A stretch of 64,000 bases of DNA, taken from the human T2T-CHM13v2.0 reference genome, Homo sapiens. The notes under the pieces were generated by a model. It was not told the DNA's origin. It did no database searches and saw only the letters and a list, made by a program, of their open reading frames with translations. Every line of letters begins with the position of its first letter. Positions within the stretch are counted from its first letter, which is position 1. Location: the NCBI RefSeq assembly GCF_009914755.1, contig NC_060932.1; one strand, given 5' to 3'. This document shows, piece after piece, positions 36,442-51,231 of this stretch. A program made the translations under genes and the position numbers.

Positions 36442-38059
36442 CCCACTATGCAAGTAATGAGAGGGTTCTTCTCCAAAGAAATGGGATGAACACAGAGAAA
36501 AGACCTCCAATCTGGTAATTATGGGTCCCCAGAATTATTGCCCACTCCCCTGCATCACATTAAAGGGAACTGCCAACCTACAATCACTGTTCCCCACCCA
36601 CCCACCCCCACCTCACACATACACAACACACAGCTCAAGATCAGCTTATTGTCTGGCTCTTAAATGTGATGTAACACCCAAAGATCTCTGAGGAACATCT
36701 ACAACCCAAAAGAGAGAAACCAAGATTAACAAGCAGCATATGCAACGTTGGAAAGAAGAGAAATAATTTGGAAACACAATTTAACCTTTAAAAACTCTTT
36801 AATAAATATTCTTAGAAAGAGTAGTAAAAAAAAATATTGCATCAACAAAGTACAACTAGCTAACAAGGAAAAACTATTGAAAAATAAATATATGAGCCCG
36901 AAATTCTAATAGTAGGTAAAATATAATAAAACCAATGTTGTAGAACAAAGGCAAGAAGATGTAAGAAAATGAGAAAGGTAAGATGTGTTGAGGATCAGTC
37001 CAAGAGGCCCCACATCTGATCAATAGGAGTGACAAAAAGAGAAAAACAAAAAGAAAGAAATCAAAGAATTATCGCAAAGGATTGTCCCAGAGTCAAAGGA
37101 CATGAGTATCCAAATTAAGAAGCCAATCAAGTACCCAAGTGCTCAAGTTGACAACTCACATATGTGCATACACATGCAGACATACACACACACATCTAGA
37201 CCCATCACTATAAAACTTCAATACATCCATAATAGAAGATACTGAGAAGGTTTAGCAGGAAAGATAGAAATGTAAAAGATACCTGTGAAAACCAAGAACT
37301 TCAACCAGCATCAGACCTCTCATCATCAGCCACACTAGGTCAGAGAAGATATATTCTGCACATGAAGTTGCCAGATGCCCCCAGGAGTTCTGGGATTCAT
37401 GCCTTGGGTGGTTGGCTTGAAGTCCTTGGCCAAGCCCTGATTCCAGGAGGGATTCCTGACAAGTGAATTGCTCCTGCTGCCCAGTGCCATATTTATTTCA
37501 CAGAATCCTATGAGATTGGGTGGCCAAAATGGCAGCGATATGATGATTTTAAGTGACTCTCAAATACATCACACCCAGGACAAGTTCAGTGCTCTGAGTA
37601 CTGATGATGGTCCATCACTGAACCTTGGCCTGAACTATATGTGTGAGCCCCTAGGTGAGCTCTCATCTGGATTTGTTCTGTAGTTTCACTTCTGATCTTC
37701 AGCACCCAAGTGCAGCTGGGGTGGCAACAGGCATCCTTTACTCCATTTGACTTTACCACTGAACCCAGGGTGGTCATCCCACTGTCCCATTCATCTAACA
37801 GGCAGTCTTTTGACAATGGCTACATCTTTCTCTACCTGGTGCTTTCAAGATCTTTGCTCTGAAACAGCAAGGGGCTTTTCCAATTGATGTCCTCCCCTGC
37901 CTCCACAGATGTGGGGATATCAAGCACTCCTGGATCAGTTGAAGCCATTCCTGATGAGAGATGTTCCTTGTGCCAATGAGGCTGCTCTTCTCATTCATTT
38001 AGTCCTCTCCACTGGTGGCAGTGAGTGGAAGGCAGGAGTGCAGTTAACATGAAAAGAAT

Positions 38060-38680
38060 CACTGTCTAGGAATGTAGTAATTACAGCATAGAGTTTAAGA
38101 GAAGATAGAGTTGGAAGACATGCTCTATGTTCAGATTATAAACAGTAAATTCAACATAATCAGAAAACAAATTATTGTTCACATTTTCTTGCATACTCTG
38201 GATAAGACTTGCATTTTTGGTCATCAACAATGAAGCACAGCAACAACTTTTGAGAAAGTCATTGAAAGCCAGTATTCATGGTGCAGCATCATCTATAACA
38301 ATATAACCAGACTTCAATAAATTGTATTGCAAAAGTAGTACAGATCTATATTGTTCATTGTAAACAAGTTCCCAAGAACTTGGCATTGTGAGTAATGACA
38401 GTATTGCTACTTTTCTTCATGACTGGAGATATGGAATTAGCCAAGAACACAGAGATAGTGCCTGGACATTATGAAGAAAGAATTTTCACATGCACTGATT
38501 AAGTAATGAATATGTAAGTACCTCATCTGTATCCATTATTCTGAATGACTTTCAATAAAACACTATACCCCACGTGGGTCCATGAATTTTGTAATACTTT
38601 CTTAGTCAAATTATTTATTTAGAAAAAGGCCCCACAAAAAAATATTTATCTGAGGCCCCACACATCTAGGAGCAACCCTG
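38060..38680. mobile_element. Possible hAT-Tip100-type DNA transposon end, within old L1M sequence (~36.6-39.7 kb)
   Basis: Terminus aggccccacacatctaggagcaaccctg resembles a Tip100-family TIR; family uncertain. Confidence 0.35.
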
Positions 38681-38937
38681 TTGTTAGGGAATTACTTAAG
38701 GGTGTGCCTCAGCCCAGCAAGTAAATCAAGAAAACAGAAGACTTGGGGTCCAGGAAACAGGAGATTCAACCTAGAAAAGCAAAAAAGGCAAATCTCAAGA
38801 TAAAAAATATAAACCCCAGTCTAGATGTCAACCAGTGTTGATCAGAAGGGAAGAACAGAGTTTCTGGGGGGAGAGTAGAGAGTCCCTGTGGAATGGAGAG
38901 TTACTGATCTTAACAGTTTCAAGGTCAAGCTCTTAGA

Positions 38938-38983
38938 CTGCACATGTACCCTAAAACTTAAAGTATAATAATAATAAAATAAA
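38938..38983 (+). mobile_element. Tiny young L1PA 3' terminus
   Basis: ctgcacatgtaccctaaaacttaaagtataataataataaaataaa is the extreme 3' end of young L1PA. Confidence 0.8.
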
Positions 38984-41900
38984 GAATAGCTAATATAATT
39001 TTAACATTTTGAAATAAGTAAAAGATAAGGCAAAATTGCTATGAAGAAAAATAAAGGCAATTAGAAACTCTTGGAAAAACAAAATGCTGTACAAAACAGG
39101 AAACTAATCAATGTATTCCACTTGATTCTACAGTAAACCACATTTACTTAGCTAAACACTGTTAATTGATTTTAAGCTTTTATACACAACCTATAAACAA
39201 GGCATGAGACACAATTGTGCTCATAAATAAAATGTAAATGTCATCAACTTTTAACAACAGAGAGATAAAAATTCAAATGATAAAGACTGGGAAGTGAGAA
39301 GTAATGCACAGGGGTGAAGGAAAAGTTGGATGGACTCATCTTTCAAAGTTGTGAAAATCAAGGATTCATCAAAATGTGGAATCAAGGATTACAGCCCAAT
39401 GACAAATGTAGAAATAAAATTGTATACGTTTTACAGTTACAAAGTTATCCCATGGAGAAACTAAATGTAGTGATAAGACTATATTGGGAGGATGGGTAGA
39501 GAAATGGGGAGTGTAATAAACTAAATACTCATATATTAGAGCAGTACATACTAGACAACATATAACATTGAATTCCTTGAATTTATCAGGATATTAGCTT
39601 CTAGGGAATGGAATTTGAGACACAGTGGGGTAGGAAATTGCTACTTTTCATTATAAATATTTGATTTTAAAAGTATATACAGACGTTTCTTTCATAAAAT
39701 TAAATTCTAAATACAATTTTTTTAAAAGGTGGCTATACAAGATTATTTCTAAGGTTTCTTTTATATCTAAAACTCATAGAAAGTGCTCCCAAACCTGAGT
39801 CTACTCAGGAGGAACCCTGGAACTTTTCCCTTCAGAAAGTCTGGTATATATTCAAGCTGACTGTCTGATCAGGAGCCAGTTCATGCCACTAGGAACCTCA
39901 CAAACATTTTGATAAATGTCAAATTTTCACTCCTGACCTTATTTTATCTTCTCAACAGCCCTCTGAAGCAATTATTATGATCATCTGCACTTCAAAAATG
40001 GCATTCAATGGGACTAAATTAATTGTCCTGAATGACATAAGTTTTAAATTGTTAGAATGAGATTAAATTCATGGCCTCACCACACTAAGTCATTTTCTCT
40101 TCCATCACATTACGCTTTTTGTTGAGCAGAAAGAGAAAGTAAGAACAATTATCTGCCCAAGAGCCAATCCTTCAGTAAGATGTCTATATAAATGCACTGC
40201 CCTGAGGTTATAGGGTAATTCCTTTGGGAATCTGATGGAGCAGGCTAGCAAACTACAGCCTCCTTCTCCACTTGGGGTCATGAATATCAGCCATCTGACA
40301 ACACACTTCACCAAGGCTGTGAGGCTTATAATGACCTGGAAAGACTCATCCTAAGTGATTGGCACCAACACAGTGTGCAGCATCCAAAGGGCACTGGATG
40401 AGACCATTTAGACCCCAACTGAGCACTGTTCCTTATCTTTGACCCACTCTCATTCTTGACGTCTTTTGCAAGTCTCAAGTCGTGATGAGACACTCCTGCA
40501 TTTCTCTCTCGTGCTGCAGTGAGAATGCTTTCAGCACAGGCAGCCATTCAGAGTGGGAACTCCAGGAACACTCTTGAGATGCCACTCACACCTGCCAAAG
40601 AGAACTCCCAATACCTGTCTTCCCAGAATGTGTTGTCCACTCAAGTTACCTGCATCAAACTCATGCTTGGTGCTGCTGGGCTGCAGAATTTCTAAAGAAG
40701 TTGTTTACTGGAAATATTATCACACAGTCCTTTACCTGCAGAAACTCCATGAAACACTGGACAGAGCTTACATAAATTTCCACTGAAAATATTACTTACT
40801 CCAAGTGGATCTGCCACATGGGTAATTGCAGCCTCGTAGCAACCTTGTGAAGTCAGTGTGGTCCCCCTGGCTCCCACATGGTCCCTCTGGCTTCCTTTTC
40901 CCTCCTGGGATGCTGGCTGCTCAGAGGTGGACTTCATGGTTCTCCCCCAGGTGGGCCAGAACAGCATTGCCTCCTCAGATCTCTTCCTTCTTTCCCCTTA
41001 TCTCAGAGCTACGCTTAGGAGACAGACCAGTGACTTGATAACTAACAACACCAGATGGTAGGTATTATTGTATTGCCCCTCCCGATAACATGCTTGCATT
41101 TTGCAGGTGATCTCTGGTGCCTAAATTTAAAGGCTTGGCAGATGGAGGAATGTGTGGGCCCTATGTGACATAGGCCTCTTAGAAGTCCTATGGTTAATTG
41201 CCCTGCTGTAGAAATATGCAACATTTTTCTTTAGACACCTATATGTTTATCAGTATTATATTTTGGTATTATTTTACTTTTATAGTCAAGTCTTATTGGT
41301 CATAGTATGATCCACTTTCTCAAAAATATACTGTTCAGTAAAATAAACTCAGAGTAATGATAGAAATCACCCCCTAACTCCAAAGAAATATATATACAAA
41401 GTTTCCTTGATATGTAGACTTCTATTTTTAATTCATGTTGTTTTTGATATTCAAAAGAGACATAAAGGAAATACTTTTAAAGGCTCAAAGTCATACTTAA
41501 GAAAAAACATGAAATAAAAAGGTAGCAAAATAAGTATGAAGAAAAGAGCAACTTACATATAAATCATCTAGAATCAATTTTTATACTAGACTCATATATT
41601 CTAAATGAGAAAAAATCTACAATGCTTTAAATAAACACACAGGCTTTCTCCTTTCAGAAGGTAAAATATATAAACTTAGCCTAAATTTCTTGAATGGATA
41701 TGCAATAAACTATTTATAACATCTTCCCTGTCCTACTTAACTTATGACTAATCCTAAACAATTAGAGAGTCAGATGGCTGAGTATTTAAAGAAGCAAACA
41801 TCTCAAATAAACAAAGGGTCATTTCTACCTGAAATCCAGAGCCCCACATCCCATATAGCTATGGGTCCACTTAGCAATAGCTACAAATGGAAGCTGCAGA

Positions 41901-44900
41901 AGTAATTCTGCAGAATCCTGCAACCTAGAAGTTAGGAAAGATGAGAGTCCCTTAAGATCTGGATAGTGTAGTCAGCCTGTGGGGCCAAGGAGGACTCCCC
42001 AGGTACCTGTAATAGCTTCAAAAGCAATTTTCAGATTTCTGTAAATTTCATGAAATTCTTCCCAGGTGGACCCTCCTCTGGAAAATTGGAAAACAAAAAC
42101 TTACACCCACTCACTGCTGATTCTTTACAATGCTCACATCACTAAAATCTCTCAATCCCCCCACGATAAAGCTTTTTCTAAAGCGAGGCTGGGTCTGCCC
42201 CCAAAGCCTATCATTTCACTAACATTTAAAAATATTTTCTCAACATTCTCAGGCAGTGTTCAAAATCGGCCTGATATATATAGAGCCTCCTTTGTGGAAT
42301 AACAAGATTATTTTTATCATTTTCTGATTCTCAAAAATCTGACCTGTCACCAAAGAACTTCTAAAAATATCAGGATGATAATGATATCCTTCGTCATATC
42401 CTCCTGGCTTACGGCTGCATTTGTAGAGCTGGGTTTTTATTTATTTTCTGAGGGTCCTCTCTGATCACAGTACTCATCATTTCATTGCTTCAAGAAGATG
42501 TGAGACAGAACAGCTATCTTGGGAAGGTGGTGGATTTTGTTTCCACCTTTAAAGACAAGGAGTTTTTGTGCAATATTCAGTTCAATTCACTCTCTGCCTA
42601 TCTTTTAAATCTCATATTTTTGTTGGAAATATATTGGAATAGATCCTAGAAAACAAATGCTGACTGAGGAGAAGCATTTGTTTTTTTCCCACAGCCGATT
42701 CAATTCAGCAGCAGCATTACTGAGTGCCTACCATGTGCCAGGAATATAAAGATGAATAGAATATTCTTTGCCCTCAAATAGCTCATAGCCTACAGGACAG
42801 ACAGTCCCATTAAGAAATAACAAAGTATCCTGTGAGAAGAGCTATAGTCTTATTGCTGTTTATATAAACTTACAAGAATGGGAACACCAAAAAGGGAACT
42901 ACAAATATGGTCTAGAGAAATCCGAAATGTAATGGGAAACCAAAGATATTTTCAAGATAGATGCTGACAATTTCTTCCTCGGAGATTGTGTCCCATTCTT
43001 GATATATCTGGGGTTGAAAAAAAAAAGACCTTGTTTTAGAGAATTGTGAGCAGCATCTGCTCCTTGGGTAGAATTTAGAAAGTATCCTTGGGAATATATT
43101 GGTTTTGGTAAGTCTTTTTCAGTCATGTGTAGATAGAAGTACCTACTCACTGGCCTTGCAGGAGCCCTGGACAAAAGGAAGCTTCCAACGGCAGATGGTT
43201 CACCTGGAGAAGGTTCACTACTCTAGCCGTGACAAATTCTCTCTTCACATTGGGTACGCTGTATCAATTATCTTGTCAACTGTTATATTGTCTATCGTGT
43301 CATCAATGGGTATTTCCTTCTTTTGGCTGTAGATTTGTGGGGGATAAGATGAAGACTTCCGTGCATTAAGAACCCTGGACCCTTGTTCCAGTGGCAGCAG
43401 GCTGGGGCCACAGGAGAGACGGAACCTATAGAGCACTGCCTTTAAAGGGACATGATGACAGAATTCAGGAATAGTGATACATGGTACCTTATTTTAGGTT
43501 TTCCTTTCCTCCGTATCAAAATTTGTTAAATACTATTACCTCTTGTTGTTGCATTGGTAAGCATTGGAGAGTAAGGAGCAAGTACTGTATTCTTGCTTTG
43601 GAGTAAAATGGACTAAAAAAAGGCTAGCAAATGATCACAAGTGATCGTGAAGAAGCTGGGAGCAGCAGACCAGAGCAAGAAGGCACACAGGGTAACCAGA
43701 ATGGACTTAGGGAACATGTGGGCCCTCTCTGAGCATTCTCAGGAATATTTAGGGCAGGAGGCAGGATGACCCATTGGCCTCAATCAATTGGACGTTAAAA
43801 GAAAGAGGTGCTGTTCCCCAACTCCTCCCAACCCTGACACATGCCTTCACATTGCAAAGGCTAAAAGAACTTTGGAATAATCTCCATTTTTCAAGAAACA
43901 ACAACAGTTCTGGGTTTTGAAGAATGAGTAGATGTTCACTGGGCGGAAGAGAGAAAACAAATGAGTAAAGACTTTTAGGGAAAAACAAGCATACGCTGGA
44001 ATGGCTAAAGCAGAAATCTCAACCACAGTGTCATGACTCATGGATCTGTTTCCTATTCTAAGCCTGTCTGAGGTTCCACATCCAAATTGCCTTGCTTTTC
44101 TCTCTTGGCAGCATGTGCCTTACAGATATGCAGCTTTCTACTGTCCCTAATTGGCTAACCAGCCTTCCATTTTTTTCCAACTTCCAAAATTTTGGTTTTC
44201 TCTTTCATCATATCTCCCCTCTCTTGTTCTTATAGGTTCATGTATTTTAAATTATTTTACTGTGAGGTTTTGGACAAGAGTGGAGATAAATGCATGTGTT
44301 CAATCTGTGTTCTCCTTTCCCAGTTATATTTTATTTATCTATTCATTATTGTTCCACGTAATGGAGAAAAACATGATACCAGGATCTTGATTAGAAGTAG
44401 CACTCGAACCCTAAAAGGGCTTATAAAATCACAGACCCTCACTCAGGGTTAGAATGAGCTGTAAAAGTCAACCTGTCTAAGCTCCCATCAGATGCTTAAT
44501 TCTGGAAACTCCTTTGCTTGCCTATTATAAATTTAACTTATTGAGTGAAAATGTTGAAAAGCTGTGTTATTATTTCGCTTATCATCATTCATCATGTTTA
44601 GTAATTATCAAAATAGCTGCCACTTATGATGCACATTCCATACACACCACCCTGTGCTGAGGGTCATTTATGCCTCCCAACAGTTCTATGAGGGAGGTGT
44701 TATTCCACTCTCCCCACTCCCTGTTTTGCAGAGAAGGAAACTGGGATTTAGCTCAGGTTTAACTCACTTCCCAGTCTCTTGTAGTTTGTCCATGGCAGGC
44801 AGAGCCTAGTTTTAGACCACTATCGGGTTCCAAAGCTTATCCTCTCAGCTGTGATGGTTTCCAGATTTAGGACTATGTGACTCTGAAAGAACTGCATTGT

Positions 44901-47900
44901 TCTGCAGGGTGGCTGGCGTGTGCTTTCTTCTTTTCTCCACTGACAGCTTTAGTCGCTGATGTTGTTGCCATTGCCCACATTTGAATCCTCAGGGTTATGA
45001 CCCACTGTAGTCCCAGGCTGACTTCTGTCTGCTACCCAGATGACTTTTTTTTTTCAATTGATACAAATTTAGGAAACAAAAAATAATTTTAAAATTCATT
45101 TTGCCCAAACAATGCAGGTAAATATGTTGTCAAAATGATGTACAATGCACTTTTAGGCAGTCTATAAATGGCACTGCATTGATTATCAATTACATCCATC
45201 ATATCAAATCACCATTGTTAATACATTGAGTACAGTTGAATTAAAATGTTGACCAAACCAAAAATTTCAGGTTTGGTGGGTTTGGTTTTTTGTCTGTTTG
45301 TTTGTTTGGTAAAACAACCACATACTTTTTCCTGTCAATTTCAGTGGTTGAGGGTCTACTGTTAAAATAGGCATATAAAGATAAACTACCCATAACCCCA
45401 AAGCAGATAAGACAGGACCAAGTCACAGCTCTGTGCTTGCTGCGTCTTTTGAGCAATTCACCTAACCTCTCCAAGACACTGTTTCAAAATCTGTAAGAAA
45501 GAACCCTAACACACAATAGCATTTTGAGTGCAACTGAGACAATATATGTATAAGTGGTCAGCACAGAGTTGGAGCTTAATAAAAGCACGTTTACTAGCTT
45601 TATCCAAGAGTCTCCAGCAAGTGTTGAAAAAATACTTTTGGAATAGATTTGATAATGGGAGATAGACATTGAGAATACATGTAAACAAATAGAAGAGCTT
45701 GGATGCCTGAAATCTCATATATTCATAAAGCATCTCCAAGATTCCCAGGGTTGGCCCCTCTAGTTCTGACAGCTATACTAGTCATGGGACTGGACTCAGA
45801 AACTCAGAATTGCCAGCCCATTTAACTGTGTCTTGATCTACAATGTTGTGTGAGGCACGCAGTGTTGCCTGTGACCTCCTATACCTCCATCGCTGCTAGA
45901 TGCAAACCCTGCTCAGAAAAACTATGAACATGCACAGTTCAGAAGATATGAGAATTGTCTCCTAGAGTCACTATGGGGGTCTTCTGAGGATAACAAACAC
46001 CATGGGAAAGGCAACTTATTAAGGTACATATTACAGTCTTCTAATGTCTAAAGCCAGCTAGACATACATTTAAATCCCAGCAGAAATTCTCTGAAAGGTT
46101 TGCCTCCACCCTAGGTCTTCCAACATTAGAAGAACTTCAGAGAGAAAGTAGGACATTTTGTCTCTCTTGGGTATTTGGGAATCAAGGTGCAGACTTGGGG
46201 TAGCATTGGGGGTCCCATGAAGAATTGAATACCTAGGCTTATATCAAAGCCGCCCCTACCTATACATGCTCCCCAGTGGCCCCTGTGGCCCAATATTCCA
46301 AGAATGGCTCGGGGAATGGCCAGCTCCCCCACAGTCATTTCAGATTGGAGCAGGCTCCTTAGAAGTCCTTGGTGTCCGAGCCTTAGTCCCACAATGGATG
46401 CTGGATATGGGTCAACATCCTGGATTCATGGAGAGAGGAGGGCATGTGGCAAAATATAGTTAACTTACATTATTTCTTTCCTCATTATCCCCTCAATTGT
46501 CCTTATCCTAGAGACATGTACCTCTCAGTCAAGAAGTCATTCTGACTCTCAAAGACTCCTACAGGAAGGGGGTTGCTAGTATGGCACCATGAACAGGGTT
46601 CTTAGTGGGCTGAGAGCTGAGATGGAGCTCCAGTCCCAGGTCTGTCACTGATGGAATACATCAGTCAAATTACTTCATCTCTCTGGGCCTCAATTTGTTT
46701 GTTTGTTGTTTAATTATTTTTAAAACTTCTTCAGTGAGAGCAGGGGTCTTGCTTTTCTCTATATGGGATTGGATCGTCTCTCTTGGCCTTTCTAATTCCA
46801 ATTATCTCTAATGTTTCTATAAATCTAACAGGAATGAGCTGAGCTAATAGAATCATATGGCTAATAGGGAACATTTCATAGTTAATACCACAATCAAATA
46901 CTTCTGTTTTCTCTGTTGAGTATTTGACGGAACCAAGAGTTATAGGCTGGGATTTCTGGATCCTGTCTGTGTTGTACATGCAGAAAAAATGTTGAGAGCT
47001 GTGGCCTTTAAGCTGTTGAAAAGACGTATTTCTCATAATCTAGGTAGCTTTGACACTACGCACCACAGCCTGACAATTAAATTTCTCTTTCTCTCTCTCC
47101 CTAATTTCAACCAGTTGATATGCCACATTGAAAGTTAAACCATTCTGATGCGAAGACATCTCTTTTCTTCAATCAGAACCCAAAAGGCTGTCAGTGCCAG
47201 TTTCCTCATTAGTAACCAATCTGCTTGCCCAGACAGTGCCTCACAGTTTGCATCCAGTGAAAATGCTGCTCCCTGAGAACAGAGGAGCAAACACAGCTGA
47301 GGAATGGAGTAGAGGTTTGCAGATGGCCCCAGGAGCTGAAATTAAATGTGCTGCTCACCTCATCAAGACAGGGGAAGTGAGTGCTGTTGAAGCTTAAGAG
47401 AAGCGCTACTGATCAGTGACATGTGCATAGTGCCTGAAGAACATTATCCTTGGCTGATTCAACGAATCACTCAGCTCAAGTCTTGGCTTATTTCTGCTTT
47501 TTCCCTTCATTAGGTGCTCTTTTGAATCAGTACAAGCAATGCAGTCTTCTCTAAGGTAGCTGCTGCCACCTTAAAGTAACTAATGAGCCCCATTCCTTTT
47601 CTGCCATTACATGGGAAACACACAGTATACACCAGGCATCTTAATCTTCCACTTTAGCTTACTGCAGAGCACAAGAGGCTGTCTAGAAACTTACTCTGTA
47701 TTACTCCAAAAAGCTTTAAGGCCCTTGAGCAAATGGACCTCAAGGAAATCTGCTGAGGGTGGTTTGTCACAAAAAACAAAGGACCCCCAAGTCAGATGGC
47801 CATTAGTCCCAATAGAGGAAGTAAAACAAAGAGGGCACCAAAAGAAAAAAAAAAATGGTTTGCACAGAATTCCATGTGAATATCTTAGTAATAGTAATAG

Positions 47901-48419
47901 AAGTGAGCAATGGAAGGTGGAACAAAAATTCTGGAACTCTGGAAGGTCCTAGCCAGAGAGAGCTCTGGATCTGAAGGGAAGGGAGGTGACTGGAGATCCT
48001 GCAGAGCCCACTTTTTTGCAGGCATCATGATGTTCTCTTCATCCCCCTCTGCCCCAGCTGATGTAGCCAGTGGTTCTTCTGCTCTGCAGTCTGAGGTCCT
48101 TTCAAAGAGATGAGTGAGCAATATTCTGCCTTCAAAGGCTCCTTTATTCCTTTTTTCTCTCTTTAAACAGGGATCAGAGTTGAATGACCTTTTTGGAGAT
48201 TTAGATGATAGTACCCCACTTTACTGTAAAAGAAAAAAAAGAAAGCAAGAAAATAATTTGTTGCATTAAAACATATAACCAGGAAGGCCAAGAGAGTGGG
48301 TCATTTGAGGGTACGGACACTGTAAGTCTCAACAAGAAGAATGCTTACTGCATGTCCTCTGAATACCTGAATACTGTCTTCTGTCACAGCCTGGTGGTTA
48401 TTTTAATGCAAATACTTTA

Positions 48420-48880
48420 TTTTTAATTTTTTACTGAAGAAGATATGCATAGGGAAAAGTGCGCATTTAAGTGCATAGCCTCACATAATGAACACACTCA
48501 GGCAACTGGCACCCAGAAACAGAAAGACACGGGAAGCCCCTTCCCCAAATCTCCTCCAGGCACTCTGCCCCTGAAGAATAACTATTATCTGGCCTTAAAA
48601 CAGCATAGATTAATTTTGCTGTGTTTGTACCTGATATAGCTGAAATGATGAGTGTGATCGCTTGTGTCTGTATTATTTCCCTCATCATTGTTTGTGGGAT
48701 TCATCCATATTGTTGTGTGTAGCTTATATCAGTCTCCTCACGGCATGTACCACAGTGAATATGCCACAGTGTATGCATTCTGCAGCTGAATGGCATCTCG
48801 TTAGCTTCCAGCTGAGGGCTATTTCAAATAATGCTGCTACCAATGGCTTGATACATGTTTTTGGTACACATAAGTAGCAA
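48420..48880 (-). mobile_element. Old L1M 3' end
   Basis: cagcatagattaattttgc, gattcatccatattgttgtgtgtag, ggctatttcaaataatgctgcta. Confidence 0.65.
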
Positions 48881-48904
48881 GTCATAATTTTTAGTAACAC
48901 TTGT

Positions 48905-49278
48905 TGTATTAGTTCATTCTCATGCTGCTAATAAAGATATACCTGAGACTGGGTAATTTATAAAGGAAAGAGGTTTAATTGACTCATAGTTCAGCATGGC
49001 TTGGGAGGCCTCAGGAAACTTAATCATGGCAGAAGGGTAAGCAAACACGTCCTTCTTCACATAGTGGCAGCAAGGAGAGGTGCTGAGCAAAAGGGGGACA
49101 AGCCCCTTCTAAAACCATCAGATCTTGTGAGAACTCACTCAGTATCACAAGAACAGCATGAGAGTAACCACCCCCATGATTAAATTACCTCCCACCGGCT
49201 CCCTCCCATGACACGTGGGGATTATGGGAACTATAATTCGAGACGAGATTTGGGTGGGGACACAGCCAAACCATATTA
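48905..49278 (-). mobile_element. Second THE1 solo LTR (THE1C/D-like)
   Basis: tgtattagttcattctcatgctgctaataaaga...ggcctcaggaaactt...gagatttgggtggggacacagccaaaccatatta; aligns with the 18359-18724 LTR. Confidence 0.88.
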
Positions 49279-49897
49279 CCTGGCCTGAAAGAGGATGCTT
49301 ACGTATTTTTCTGTTTTCCAAGTCCCATTTTAGAAATCTCAGTAGGAAAGTGTGCGTTGAATGTATTTCAGAATCTATTAGAAAAAAAATAGGAAAATAA
49401 GATGATTTGATACTCACATCATCTCTCCACAACATTTTGGCAGTTTGTTCTCCAAAATCAAGCAGCAATGACTAAGATTACATGGCAGCTCTGATTTTCA
49501 TAGCTGTGGGACCACCGCATTCTCACCTGATAGCCTCTTCCAGCCTCCCAACAACAACTTGTAATCACCTCAGTCATGTTGTCTATTTTTAGCTCATATA
49601 AAATTCTTTCTCTTTTTTTCAAAAATACTTTTTCCAAGTCTAATGTTGTCCTCCTAAAAATTCTCTGGTGATTTGAAAATTAAAATATAAAGATACACTA
49701 GTTCAGCCTAGTATCCCGTTTTCAAAATGACCCTGAAAAATGTTTTATGGGAATGAGGAAGAGAATAACCTTTCTATTTTCTCAGAAGAGATCCTGTATT
49801 CTGTATTTTAATATGGAAATCAAAATGAGCTATTTGAAAAACAAAAAAAGAAAAAGCTGTTCCCAGGCTGTGTGAGGGAAAAAGCTGGAGGTGAGGA

Positions 49898-50800
49898 GTG
49901 GGGTAAAACATGGCTCCCAAATTCTTTACCACTCCTTCCACCAAGAGGTGGAGTCTGGGTGGTGCATGACAGCTTGACCAATTGAGAAGCACAGACAAGG
50001 CACTGTGTAGCTTCAAGCCTGGGTCTGAGAGGGCCATGCAGCTCCCTCTCGGAATCCAGTCACCATGCTGTGAGATGCCCAAGTCACGTGGAGAGGCCAC
50101 ATGGAGAGGCCAGGTGTAGGCTTTAGTCAACAGTCCCAGCTGAGACTGGCCTTTGAGTCATCCCAGCTATTATGGGTTGAATTGTGTCCCCAAAGTTGAT
50201 ATGGTGAAGTCTAACCTCCAGTCCCTCAGAATGCACCTAATTTGGAAATAAAGTCATTGCAGATATAATTACTTAAGATGAGGTCACATTGCAATTGGGT
50301 GGGCCCTTAATGTGTCCTCACATAAGAGACACATTAAGTGTAAGACACAGACACATGGAGAAGACAGCCATGTGAAAATAGGGGCAGAGACTGAATGATG
50401 CTGCCTCAAGCCAAGGGACACCCGTGGTTACCAGAAGCTGGAAAAGGCAAGGAAGGATCCTCCCATAGAGGCTTTGGTGGGGTATGGAACTGCCGATGTG
50501 TTGATTTTGAATTGTGAGAGAACACTTTTCTGTTGTTCCAAGCCATTCAGTTTATAGCATGTTGTTATAGCAGCCCTGGAAAACGAATACCCCAGTCCAG
50601 ATGCCAAATGTGAGAGTAATGCCAGCCCCAGCTGACCAAGTCTTCCCAGATGAGGACCCAGCACTGGCGAACACACAAGCCATCCCCACTTGGCCCTGTC
50701 TCAATTACTGCCCCCACAGAATGAGTGAGCATGATACAGTGATGGTTATTTTATGCTTCTAAGTTTAAGGTGGTTTGACTTGCCCTGATAGTAAGTGGAG
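49898..50800 (+). mobile_element. MLT1C-type LTR (50168-50591) nested in an older MLT1 (G/H-type) LTR
   Basis: Inner element tattatgggttgaattgtgtcccc...gcagccctggaaaacgaatac with TSD ccagc/ccagt; outer element resumes afterwards. Confidence 0.7.
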
Positions 50801-51014
50801 AAGAAGACATCACAGTTTCAGACCCAGGTGCCTCGGTCTACACTACACAAGGGGCAGACTAGTCATCTCTGCTGTGAAAGTGTGCTGAGCCCCAGGGTCC
50901 TTTGACAAAGAAGAATAGCTCAGTTGATCATCCCGCAAGAAGCATGAGCATTGAACCAGGAATAAGACGCAATGTGTATTGACAATTTACTAAAAGCCAG
51001 GTAATCCTCTAAGG

Positions 51015-51231
51015 CAAGCTTGTCCAAACCACAGCCCACGGGCTGCATGTGGCCCAGGACAGCTTTGAATGTGGTGCAACATAAATTCATAAACTTTCCT
51101 AAAACATTATGAGATTGTGTTTTTTGTTAGTTCATCAGCTATCGTTAGTGTTTGTGTATTTTATGTGTGGCTCAAGACAATTCTTCTACTTCCAATGTGG
51201 CCCAGGGAAGCCAAAAGATTGGACACCCCTG
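51015..51231. mobile_element. MER30 (hAT-Charlie) inserted in a MIR
   Basis: TIRs caagcttgtccaa / ttggacacccctg; perfect 8-bp TSD CTCTAAGG at 51007-51014 and 51232-51239. Confidence 0.9.
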
